The notes under the pieces are model-generated. The model searched no databases and was not told the DNA's origin. It saw only the letters and a program-made list of their open reading frames with translations. A DNA stretch of 64,000 bases from Macrostomum hystrix (taxonomy: Eukaryota > Animalia > Platyhelminthes), in NCBI GenBank assembly GCA_950097015.1, contig CATNEN010000001.1:11904001-11968000 (forward strand). The letters are read 5' to 3'. The position numbers and the translations under genes are program-made. Numbering within the stretch: position 1 is the first letter of the stretch; every line of letters begins with the position of its first letter. Positions 1 to 10,521 of this stretch are shown piece after piece.

Positions 1-1619
1 TCGATCTATACTAAACATAAAATATCCCAGGTGTCGGAACTGCTTTTTCTTTTCCACCGGGTGGTGTCCGTTCAGGTCCACAAGAGCATGGCCGCTGATC
101 GAACTAACAACAACAGCAACAGCAGCTGCCGCAACTCTCAAATATTCTTTGCTGCAACATGACGCTTATCTGATCTTTGAATCTAAATATCGTAGACTTC
201 TGGGAGAAAAATACAAAATTGTTGGGCTAAACGGTTGCTATGCTGAAAGTTTACACATTGTATTTATAATAGATTCTATAACATGCTGGAGTTGAAATCG
301 AAACACCAGAAGCTAGGAGAAACTAAAGTGCTTACATTATTTTGATAAGTCAATGTCTGAAGCCTTACATGTGAAATCGAAACGTTTCAAAACTTCAGAG
401 CAATGATGTTTAGACTTTGACAGTCATAGTCAAGTCAACGCTTAAAAGTTGGTCGTACACCACTGTAGGACTGTAGGGTGTAGGGTGTAGGACTTATAAG
501 CCGATTGTCAATTTTCGATCTTATTAATGATAGTTGATCACTTTTCCTTTTTCTGTTTTTATGTTGTATTTTCATCCGATTGCTTTTGTGATATTTTTGC
601 TAGTTAATTTGTGATTCATTAAATTATTTTCGAAAGATTTCAGCATGCAGGTATTTGCTTGAATTTAAATATAACATTTTGGAGAGCCTAAACTAGACTA
701 ATTCGATATTTCAAATCAGCACATTTTAGCAAATAATAAATCCAATCAAAAAACACTTGATGACAAGCAGATAAGTAGCGAAATTGTCTTGACGAAGGTG
801 TCACCGATAAATAGAAATTTATTTTCATTAAATTATACGCTCCAATCCATTAGATGCTCAAAGTTTTTTGTTAAACCTCTTTAAAACGTCCTATTAAGAA
901 TAAATCCCCACTCCCACATGAACAAATATTTCATGTGCATTGTTTAGTCAAAACTTTTTAGCTGTGATATCTAATTATATAGATTTATTCTTTCTATATT
1001 TCGCAGCTTTGGCCTTTCTATTTAACCAAGCACCCTTGTGTTGGTTATAAGTGTTGTTCGTCCTGGTAGTATTGATTTGACCACTGTTTCTGTATTTGAG
1101 TGTTTTAACTTTTTACGTTAATCTGCTACACATTCCTCCATTTTTACTCTACCTTCTTTTATAATAATGATGTTTAAAAGGTGTTCAATTTTTTTAATTT
1201 AAAATGTTTCATAATTTAACATAAAAATAATTTCCATCCATCACGCGACTGTTTTATGAAAGGAATTGAACTTGTTATGCTATAAGGAAAAATAAAGATT
1301 TATTATATTGAATTGTTAGTTTTGAAAAGCGAGGTGCATTTTCGTTTTTCTACAAGAAATTAGTTCGCTTTTATTTATTGAATTAAAGGCTAGGTTAAAA
1401 GGTTAAATGGTTAAATGCTTATATAATAAAAGCACGTTTTATACAATGTACGAGTGCTAGATTGTACATTTAGACAGCCATGTAAAATTGAAATGTTTTC
1501 GTCTGAATTTACTTTGCTTAGGAGTTTTATGAGTATTTTTGTATTCAGTGAATTGCTAGTGGCAAATGGCCTACCTGATTATTATATAATTTTCGATGAG
1601 GATGCGGGAACCGGCCCCC

Positions 1620-1718
1620 TGCTCCCATTGTTGCGAATCAAATTTTGTGGCCTCAGCGTGGATTCGAATCCAGAAACTTTAATGCCTGAGTTGCATGCAT
1701 TTTCACCCTGCCACAACC
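1620..1718 (-). mobile_element. Degenerate tRNA-derived SINE head (probably family B)
   Basis: Minus strand reads GGTTGTGGCAGGGTG...GGATTCGAATCC..GAGGCCACA (A/B-box-like). The TGTGGCCTC..GGA(A/T)TCGA motif recurs at ~9386 and ~10351. Confidence 0.4.
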
Positions 1719-2775
1719 AAAACCAGATCTTCTATTTAAGTAATTCTGATACGTAAGCGATAAAAACCGATAGGAATATCAATATTTTTGACCAAGTGCA
1801 CACTCAGAATAAATAAATCCCGCTTATCTTGGTACGCTTCAGCCTGTTAATGTGAAGTGTGTTTTCTATATGTATGTATAGATTGAATTCGTTTGAATTT
1901 AGAGTCTAACCCGCTACTTTCACTATCCTGCTAACCAGATGCTTAGTATTCGATTCGATTTCTAGGCCTACCATGAAGATAGGTTCCGGCTGTTTAAAAA
2001 TATTTCTAACCATATTTGACAATAAGCCCTAGAGAAGCTGTTCTGTGCAAAATTTGTATGTAACCATGGTGTTGCCTTCTAATCGATTTAATAGTAGCAG
2101 CGACTGAAATAAAATAGCGTTGAACGACGCGATCGTTCGCTATTTTTCTTGAACTCCCGAAGATAAAAAGTTTAAGTGAAGATAAATTCCACTATGTTTA
2201 ATTGAGAGTTTCATTTTATTAGCCCCTTAATTGTAGATAACACAAATAAAACACTAAACTCTTCATAATACACATTATGCATTATACATAATATATATTT
2301 ATGCATTGTGCATTATATATATGTACATATATTTACATAATAGATCATATACAATACAAATATAAATTTAAAATATCCAACTCGCAGGTTGAAGAGGTCT
2401 GCTACTGTCTGGTGCGCGCAATCGCGGACTGTTTATTAATCATGCCAGATGACTCTGCCACATAAATCACAAGTAATTATTTAATGATGAGAAAGAACAG
2501 GTTCAATGATTTTTTAGAGCAAATGAGTTTCAAGGTTGCTGTTCTTATACATTATCTAAATATAACGGACCTCTTCGTCCATTGAACAAGTTTATATGTA
2601 ATTTAACTGTGATAAGATTTTCCACCGTGACTATTTAAAAGCTAGATTTTATCCATTCCGAATAAAGAACCTTTGCATGCTTAAAAAAGAAACTTATGTA
2701 AAATGATACTAACATTTTGTATATATTTTTGTTGTATAAAGCCTTTATATGATTAAATTAAACTTTTATATTCAA

Positions 2776-3077
2776 TAAAAAAATAACTGATTACACCTGC
2801 CCCAATTGGGCCAGATGTGCAGCCGACAGCACAGCCGCAGCTATTGTGCGGCGCATCTGAAGGCTGCGTACAGCTGTTCAGTCCATGGACTGGGGGACGC
2901 CACACCCACCCTCAATTACCCCAGCTAATGCTGGTACCCATTTAACAGCTGGTGAACTGAAGCAATGCAGAGTTAAGTGTCTTGCTAAAGGACACAAATT
3001 GTTCTAGTGGAGTCGGGAATAGAATCCCCGACCTTCAAGTCGTGAGTCCGACGCCCTAACCACTAGGCTACAACCTC
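2776..3077 (-). mobile_element. Full-length tRNA-derived CORE-like SINE (family A, copy 1) with 10-bp TSD
   Basis: Minus strand has a tRNA-like head (GGTTGTAGCCTAGTGGTTAGGGCGTCGGAC...) and a CORE-like centre (TGTGTCCTTTAGCAAGACACTTAACT...CAGCTGTTAAATGGGTACC). It is flanked by the direct repeat TTATATTCAA at 2766-2775 and 3078-3087. Near-identical copy at 9525-9811. Confidence 0.9.
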
Positions 3078-3919
3078 TTATATTCAAATTTTGTCAATAA
3101 AAAGCCACCTGTTGTTATCAGTACACGCATTATAAATAGAACTGAATATTTATTTACATTCGTCTTGTTTACTTCCCTTCCTTTTTGTGTCAACACAATA
3201 TCATATTTTTTATATTCACACTGCAATCGAGAAAAAATAAAATAGTGGATGTTGATTTTATCTGCGTCTTTTGTCTACTTATACGGCTAATTGTTTTAGC
3301 CTGTATTAAAACGTACTTTAACTAGTTATGCGGTGTTCGGAATATCGTTACGCTAGCTTTTGTGTTGTAACCATTTAATGTTGGGCCAATGCTGTTTTTC
3401 GCTTTCACCGTATTATAACGAAGGCATCATAAATCTCTGTATATCTGTCTACACGTATATTCTATTTGGTGTAATGGACTATCAATGTGTTTTCGCCAGT
3501 GTTTAAGCGCCTAAAAATAAAAAAAATTTAAGTTTTAAAGCTAAATTTCAAATTTGAACATAGCTTTAAATTAGTAAATATTGAATTTGCGTGATTTCTT
3601 TATCATATGATACGGTATATTTTTCTAATTATGAAGGCAAACTATTACCTTCTAGTAATTCAATGTACAGCGGAAAAATAATTTGAAATAATTTGAAACT
3701 AAATTGTGATTGAAAACTATTCTTATAGGTAATTTTTAGGCCGTGTTTTTACTATCTGCATCATGACGGCTTTTTTGGACAGCAATGGTGGGTTATGAAG
3801 CGATTAGTAAAGTGTCAGCCAAACTGCTCTTAGCGCAGTTTTATAGTCATCTGGAATGTCAAAAAAATCGCCTGAGTGAATTTAAGTCATTACTTGAAAG
3901 TAATTTTTAACTTTTGATG

Positions 3920-4974
3920 AAGTCGCTCCTCGTTAGCGATACCCTCTCCCGAGGGTTAGCAATGGGTGAACCGGGCGTCATCTCTCCGCGCGATGCCTCA
4001 CGCCTGCAGCTAGTTCTTAAGCAGGTTTGGCTGGAGAGGACTCTGTGCCCTCTGGCGCAGACATCTCTCCACGATGTCCCGTCAGCTGACCCATGGGTAC
4101 ACGCCCCGCGAGTGTTCAAGGCAGACCCCATGGCTGCCGGACAGAATGGGCAACAGCGCTGGATGACCGATCCAGGGCCTCTGGCCCAACTGGGTACCTC
4201 TGGTTACGACTTGGGGGAAAGGTGCCACCCTTGGACCTTAGCAGGGTATGCGGCCAGTCCGCAGCGTTCGCGTACCTGTGCGTGATCAGGTACCTCTGGC
4301 TACAGCTTGAGGGAAAGGTGTCACCCTTTGAAATTAACAGGGTATGCGGCCAATCCGCAGGCCCCGGTATCTGGCCAAATAGTGCCCTCCAATGACCCCA
4401 GTGCATCCGTGCTGATGGGCATTTGCCCATTGCCAAGACTCTGGTCCGCGCATTTGCTGGGAAGTTTTCCAGTCGCTAACGGTGTTTCGCTCTTTTCACT
4501 GCCCCCGGCTGCATGGCTAGGTGTCGGCCAGTCGGGCTTTTTCACTCGTGTAACGAGCAGCCCCCCACCCCGTTTTTCAGCCATGACCTCACCCACCAAG
4601 TGTCCCAATCAAAGAAGCCGCCCTCTCTGCGGTTCGACCCTTACTGCTCCACCACCACCTCAGGAGCCACTGTTGCCGGTCAGGTAGACCCGTTCCAGTT
4701 CCCTATAGCGCTCCACCTCCTCCGGGCAAGGTAGAACAGGAAAACCATCCAGGGATATTGTTGAAAGGGTCCACCCACAATCTTCAGTCGCGGACCTATG
4801 AGTATAGAACTCATTGAGGGATGCAATAGCAGTAAACTTGTGAAACTTCAGAGGTGGTGATGCGGAAACCTCATCCAAATATGAAAATTGTACTGATTTA
4901 TTTGTCCGGGTAACTGTTGAGAAACTGGAAAATTTAAGGATGAGTGATGTCTCTATTAATTGAGCTCGTTTTTG
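3920..4974. mobile_element. GC-rich insertion: hairpin-dense segment plus a minus-strand ORF tail (4660-4974); retroelement remnant of unknown class
   Basis: Sharp GC rise within AT-rich DNA, more than 10 consecutive hairpins, and an internal ~72-nt direct repeat. The minus frame is open 4660-4974 and begins QKRAQLIETSLILKF, weakly like the C-terminal helix of Penelope GIY-YIG nucleases. Confidence 0.4.
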
Positions 4975-5044
4975 TCACAGCTTCAGGGATAACTTACGAT
5001 TCGTACATAAATACAGCCGCCCATAGTATCTCTGTACACTAATT

Positions 5045-5155
5045 CTGGCCACGCTACAAGCACTGACGCGTAAGGACCTGCACATATTCCGAAGCCACTG
5101 GACGGAGGATTATCAGTCAGCGTTCGAGACTCTAAAAGACAAACTGTGCTCATCG
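5045..5155 (+). mobile_element. Ty3/gypsy pol fragment (RT thumb/connection region)
   Basis: Manual translation gives LATLQALTRKDLHIFRSHWTEDYQSAFETLKDKLCSS, matching the gypsy PL..L.RK...F.W....Q.AFE.LK..L.S.P motif. Confidence 0.75.
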
Positions 5156-5456
5156 TTGACACTGTTGGTACTGTTGCCATTTTTGGTACTGTTGGTACTG
5201 TTGGTACTGTTCATACTTTAGTGTTGACAGTACCTTTGGTGCTGTTGGTACTGTTGACATATTTGGTACTGGAGGTACTGTTGGTACTGTTGGTACTTTT
5301 GGTACTGTTGATACTTTAGTGTTGATACCGTAGGTGCTGGTGATACTGTTGACATTTTTGGTACTGTTGGTACTGTTGGTACTATATTGATACTGTTGGT
5401 ACTGCTAATATTTTTGGTACTGTGGGTACTGTTGGTGCTATCGGTACTGTTGATAT
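5155..5456. repeat. Degenerate 9-bp minisatellite (GGTACTGTT)n
   Basis: Repeated GGTACTGTT/GATACTGTT units. Confidence 0.9.
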
Positions 5457-6140
5457 TTTAACAGTATTGGAAGGCCAAATTGTAACCGAAGTATTTACTG
5501 TGCTGTCATTGATTGATTAACTGTCGGATGACTAGCTGTTTTTACTGTGTAATCTCAATCTCACTGTCATACGGCTTGTAGCCTTTCAAATGATTTCAGC
5601 TAGAGGACTTCAAGAATCGTAGCATTTAAAAAAATTAGATGCTAGATTTCGGACTCGAGGACTCGAGGTTTTCAAGAAAGAACGATATTGAAGTAGACAT
5701 CATACCGGTATTGTATATTTTCCTTTCGCAACTAAAGTGCGCTTTTTAACATCCATGGATATTTGAGTATACAAAAAAATTATTTCGCGACATAAAAATT
5801 TAAATCCTTGGTGAATTTCCAGAAAAAATCATGGGCGTGGATCATGTACACAGAGGAAATAGCTTGACGTAAAAATGGAGGTCATGAAGCATCTTTTGAA
5901 TCGATGGCTGTATGCCGGAGAGAGGTAAGGTAACAATGCAATATATTGTAGAGAATGAACGTTTTTTAAATCGGGTTTTAAATAGTCGGTAAATATTTAA
6001 ATCAGAAATAAGTCTATTTTCGTATCTTGCAGTCGACATCGTACTGCATCCAAAATGTTTCAAAATGTTGTATAAGTTAAGCAAAATTAATTGAACCAAT
6101 CAAAATCGAAACAACAAAGTGAAACCTCGAGCATGTACTT

Positions 6141-6523
6141 TCAATTCGACAAAAGCAGATGATGTTGGAGCTGCGGCTGCTGCTGCTGTTCAAGTCGTTC
6201 TGGCGCAATCTCGCGGTTCCCGGCCAGACAATCCCGAATCGACGCAACCAGATCCTGGCGACCCATCCTGGACAGAGCGTCGATCAGCTGATCGGCCAGG
6301 CTGCCTCGCTCCGGACTGGCGCAGGCTCGCTTCCAGTACAGCAGCACTCGAAATGTGAAGCTCGACCCGCTGCTGCCTGCTCGATTTGACAGCGCTTCGA
6401 AGCCCAGCGCGGACACGGCGCTCTCTGGGACACCCAACTCGGCAGCCAGAGTGACACCTTGGGCCACCTGTTCGGCCAGGACTTGCAGGCTTCTTCGGCT
6501 CAAAGCACGAGGCTCGCGATGGT
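6141..6523 (-). CDS. DTHD1: DTHD1/PIDD-like ZU5-death domain protein, last exon (death domain)
   Basis: Acceptor AG at 6525-6524, phase-compatible with the upstream donor. Encodes ..SLQVLAEQVAQGVTLAAELGVPESAV..FRVLLYWKR..LIDALSRMGRQDL (death-fold signature). Stop at 6141. Confidence 0.8.
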
Positions 6524-6620
6524 CTGAATTGGAATCCAGTGGTTTTATTAAATAGTTAATTATAACTCTGAATTAATTTGACACGCTCCATCCCATCTCT
6601 GGGCGTGTTTTCCTGCTTTT

Positions 6621-6868
6621 CGGACGTCGGAAGTCGAGGGTTCGATTCCCAATTTAAACGGAAAATTTGTGTGCTTTAGCAAGACGCTTAACTCTTAACG
6701 ATCAGTTCATTCAGCTGGTAAATGGGTATTTGAAGGTGGGTGTCGCGTCCCCCCGGTCCATGGACTGAACAGACTGTACGTGGCCTTCAGATGCGCCGCG
6801 CAATAGCTGCGGCTGTGCTGTCGGCTGCACATCTGACCCGTTGGGGGCAGGTGTAATTAATTATTCTA
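6621..6868 (+). mobile_element. CORE-like SINE family A, copy 2 (5'-degraded, intronic)
   Basis: Reverse complement of the 2776-3077 element: GGGTTCGATTCCC B-box, TGTGTGCTTTAGCAAGACGCTTAACT, and 3' end CTGCACATCTGACCC..GGGGCAGGTGTAAT. Confidence 0.85.
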
Positions 6869-6934
6869 TTTTGCTGTCATTTAAACAAAAAGGAGCACCT
6901 TCGTCAAACAGCGAGCCCAGGACTCAGAACTCAC

Positions 6935-7251
6935 AAGCCGGTTGAGCGTTTCTCCTTGGCGCCAGAAGTCGCTGCTGACTCTCTAGCCTGGCCTGCTGCG
7001 GGTCTAGCTCGTAGATGCGCAGCTTCAGAATGCGCGGATAGTGGAACCAGCCGGCCTGTTTCTGCTCGTCCTGTCTTCCAGCGGCTCCGGCGGCATTGTC
7101 TGTCGCATTCTCAGCGCCGTCCAAGCTAATTGGCAGCGGTGGCGGCGGCGGCGGCTTCAGGTCCAGGTACTGCTTTAGGGCGTGAAAGCCGACGCTAAAC
7201 TCGTGATTAGACATCACTTGACCAGAAGAGTTGAATACTTTAATGGCAGCT
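6935..7251 (-). CDS. DTHD1: DTHD1-like gene exon (Pro-rich linker)
   Basis: Acceptor AG at 7253-7252, donor GTGAG at 6934. Phases (2 in, 1 out) match the neighbouring exons. Encodes AAIKVFNSSGQVMSNHEF..KPPPPPP.. Confidence 0.75.
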
Positions 7252-7342
7252 CTGTTAAATTTTTATAGGAGAAATGAAAATTTAACTTCATTCATCAGGT
7301 CAGCGAGGCAATAACCTGACAAGGACTTAGTCAACAGCTCAC

Positions 7343-8307
7343 CGGAAGTTAAGCGTCTCATTTCCGGCCTTGTCAACCAGCTTCGCTTCGGTTGTCTCCT
7401 TCCTTTCGCCATCGTCTTCAGCCAGCTCTAGCAAGTAGGAGAAAAAGTCACTGGCGATGGTGACTGTTCGTTCAGAGGGCACCAAGTCGAACACAGTGGG
7501 ACTGTCGGCGAAACGTCGGTGATACTGGAAGCGAACGGTATCGCCCGGCTGACTATCGACAGTTTGGCGCAGCTGAAAGTCGCCGGTCAGCTCGATCGCA
7601 AAATTATCGCCTTCGTTTAGCACAAGTTGCTCTGCTTTGGCTGCCTCGGCCGCGGCGGCGGCGGCAGCGGTGGCCGCTGCTGAAGAGGCTTCGCGACGAC
7701 CAGCTCTGACGGCTCGTTCAACCCGATCTCCCGGTGGTGGCAGCGCTGGCAGCGGTTGCCATGCCAGGACGTCTTGACCGTCCGTCACCGCAGCGGCCTC
7801 GCCATCGCGTAGCGGTGCACAGCGGACGCATAAGGCCCATCGTCGACGATCGAAGGCGGCAAATAAAGCTAAACGTCCAGGCCGTCCTGAGTTGAAAGCT
7901 TCCAGATACGGCATACCCAAAACAGCCCTCGGCAAGCGGGCCGGTACAGCGTCTAAAAAGCAGAACCGAGCTGCCAACTGTTTAGACTCGAAGCTGACCG
8001 AATTTCTAGTCAGCCGGAGTGAGGCATGCTTCAAATCCAGCAGGGCCCATTTGCCCTGGTCCGGTCTGAAGGCGATGGCCATACGAGCTGCGGCCTCTTT
8101 ACGTTCAGCGTCCCTCAGCCAGGGTGGCATTGGCAGCTTGACGGTGACGCCGCGTCGTATTGGCTCCGAGTCGTTGTCCTCCAGAGCGTGATCATGATCG
8201 TCGTCGCAACGGAAGCTGTACATTGGCGTCAATGCGGCGATATCCATGGTCTCAGAGCGTCGCAACTGACGAGCCAGAGCTAAGCCTTTGTCGGTTAACG
8301 GGAGAAT
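7343..8307 (-). CDS. DTHD1: DTHD1-like gene exon (second ZU5 C-terminal half and UPA-like region)
   Basis: Acceptor AG at 8309-8308, in frame with the 308-aa ORF (..GVTVKLPMPPW..LNEGDNFAIELTGDF..FQYH). Donor GTGAG at 7342. Confidence 0.8.
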
Positions 8308-8430
8308 CTGAAAAATTTCATTAATTTTACGACTTTATTCGTCTTATTTAGCCTATTTAAATACTTATTAAGTAAAGTATTTGCAAATTAGAGCCAGTTG
8401 GTAGCATAGAAACAGAACTAGAAGACTAAC

Positions 8431-8616
8431 CCTCAGCTTGAATAATCTCGGCACGGGGAACGCATTCTTTGGCACACGAAGCGACATTGATTGTTCGATG
8501 CGAAAGTCGATTAGACCACCGTTTGGCGAGATCTGGAAGGTCTCCTCCAGAGGCGACAGTAGCATCATGTAAGTGCCCAGGCTGCGGGTCTCAACAGCCA
8601 CACTGCTGTTATCGGC
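8431..8616 (-). CDS. DTHD1: DTHD1-like gene exon (start of second ZU5)
   Basis: Acceptor AG at 8618-8617, donor GTTAGT at 8430, phase 0/0. Encodes EETFQISPNGGLIDFRIEQSMSLRVPKNAF (ZU5 GG...L.VP..A motif). Confidence 0.8.
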
Positions 8617-8692
8617 CTGGTGTCAGTTGGAAAGAGGCAATGAGAATTAGTACTGCCTGCTGACAATCCAGATCTTACTAGTTTCGACTCAC

Positions 8693-9059
8693 TTCCAAAC
8701 TCGCCGCCTGAACCTCCTTCCATGCGGTGCCAACGCCACCGCTGCCGCTTCCCTTGTGCAGCAGCCGCAGTCGGCTGAATGGGCCGGGCTCGCCCGTTGG
8801 CAGCCGCAGCGGCATACGCAGCACCAGCTGACAGCGAAGGCTTCGCACAGTGGAGCTGCCCAGCTGGTAGACTGGCGACACCAAGGCCTCCATCTCGCCG
8901 AGCCTCAGGTTGCCATCGGCTAGCTCAGACGGTTGCATCGAGGCCGCGCTGATGCTGTCGGTTCGGCTAAAGCCCCCGGCTTCGGGCACAGTCAGGATGC
9001 CGCCGTCCGGTAGCTGATATCGACCGCCCCGTTTTCCAGGTCGCACTTGCAAAGTTCGA
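8693..9059 (-). CDS. DTHD1: DTHD1-like gene exon (first ZU5 domain)
   Basis: Acceptor AG at 9061-9060, donor GTGAGT at 8692. Encodes RGGRYQLPDGGILTVPEAG..LGEMEALVSPVYQL..LVLRMPL (ZU5). Confidence 0.8.
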
Positions 9060-9524
9060 CTGAAGGACGTTTTTAGACATTTTCAATGCTCGTATATTTT
9101 TGTTTCAATATGTAAAATATGACTTTATTTGCCTATTTACACAGTACACCTAAAATACATAAAATTGAATGTAGTTTGACTATACTGAAGTGGAGTTGAC
9201 AAAATTGAAGCAGAGATTCTGTAGAATTTACCATAGAGTGGATAAAAAGGCTTGAGACGGTCCTTGTTTTCATGCTATTGGAGTGTAGAATACTTCGTCT
9301 ATGGCATAAGTCATAAATTGTAAATTGTAAATTGTACAATTGTACAATTATACAATTTTCTCCTCGACGGCGACTTAAAAACGAATGTGGCCTCGCCGCG
9401 GAATCGAGCTTATAATCGTACCAGCGATAATCGTATTTTATTTGGAGGCTATTGTTTGTTTGATCACGGTGGGTCTTCCCCGTTAGCTTACGAACATTCC
9501 TTTGAATCAAAGAGAGACTAGGCC

Positions 9525-9811
9525 TACACCTGTCCCAATTGGGTCAGATGTGCAGCCGACAGCACAGCCGCAGCTATTGCGCGGTGCATCTGAAGGCTGT
9601 GTACAGCTGTTCAGTCCATGGACTGGGGGACGCCACACCCACCCTCAATTATCCGAGCTGATGCTGGTACCCATTTAACAGCTGGGTGAACTGAAGCAAT
9701 GCTGAGTTAAGTGTCTTGCTAAAGGACACAAATTGTTCCAGTGGAGTCGGGAATCGAACCCCCGACCTTCAAGTCGTGAGTCCGACGCTCTAACCACTAT
9801 GCTACAACCTA
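9525..9811 (-). mobile_element. CORE-like SINE family A, copy 3 (intronic)
   Basis: Near-identical to 2793-3075, with an intact GGTTCGATTCC B-box on the minus strand. Confidence 0.9.
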
Positions 9812-9826
9812 AAAGAGAGAACTTAC

Positions 9827-10049
9827 TTCACAGTCGGTAAGGTCGACTCTTCTATTTCGTTAGAAGCGGCGGTGGTTTTCGACTTGTCAGAATCTGCCAC
9901 CAGCTGCAGATGGTGCGTCTTGGATCCGTTCGCTCCGCCAGTTGCTGCGGCAACGCCGCCTGCGGTGTCGGCAGTCGATTTCTGACGGCGACTCTGCAGC
10001 GCCGAAGCGTTCGGGGTTCGCTTGGCAGACGGAATAGACACCCGGGCAG
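9827..10049 (-). CDS. DTHD1: DTHD1-like gene, most 5' exon found (low-complexity N-terminal region; start codon lies further upstream)
   Basis: Donor GTAAGT at 9826 (phase 2) joins in frame to the 9059 exon (..PTVN RTLQVRPG). Candidate acceptor CTGCAG at 10055-10050. Confidence 0.65.
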
Positions 10050-10094
10050 CTGCAGGGCATGCGTTGGAATATTTTTATGTACATTTACGGTCTA

Positions 10095-10410
10095 AATAAT
10101 TGTTAATAAAATAATTATTATAATAATGACTGGAGGACTGAGGACAATAGCACACCATTTGGTGACAGTCAGCAGATCCGCAGCCAGCGAGGAGGCAATT
10201 CTGCCCATTTCACTGACTCCTGAATGTACGCAGGGACATGCACACAATGTGTACATCTGCCCTGACTTTCTCATCTTCAGGCTGTGTACTATCCTTCAGG
10301 TGCGTAAACTGCAACGGCAAGCCCCAAGCCTTCTCCCCGTCTCAAATAAATGTGGCCTCGGAGCGGAATCGAGCTCAAGGGCTTCGGTGCGCGAGGCAAA
10401 CGAGTTAACA
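10095..10410 (-). mobile_element. Second SINE family (family B) with (TTA)n-like tail
   Basis: tRNA-like head at ~10350-10410 shares TGTGGCCTCG..GCGGAATCGAGCT with 9386-9411. AT-rich tail at 10095-10127. Confidence 0.55.
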
Positions 10411-10521
10411 GTAGAAAGACACGCGGTTATTTCAAATGCCCTCATCCAGAACACAGGCTAACATTTCCGCTCTATTCTATTCTATTATGAAACAACTTTC
10501 AGAATCACAAGACATCGACTG

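Noticed and set aside
2995-3077. tRNA gene (also ~9735-9810 and ~25057-25110)
   Set aside because: These are SINE heads or fragments without a complete cloverleaf or acceptor stem.
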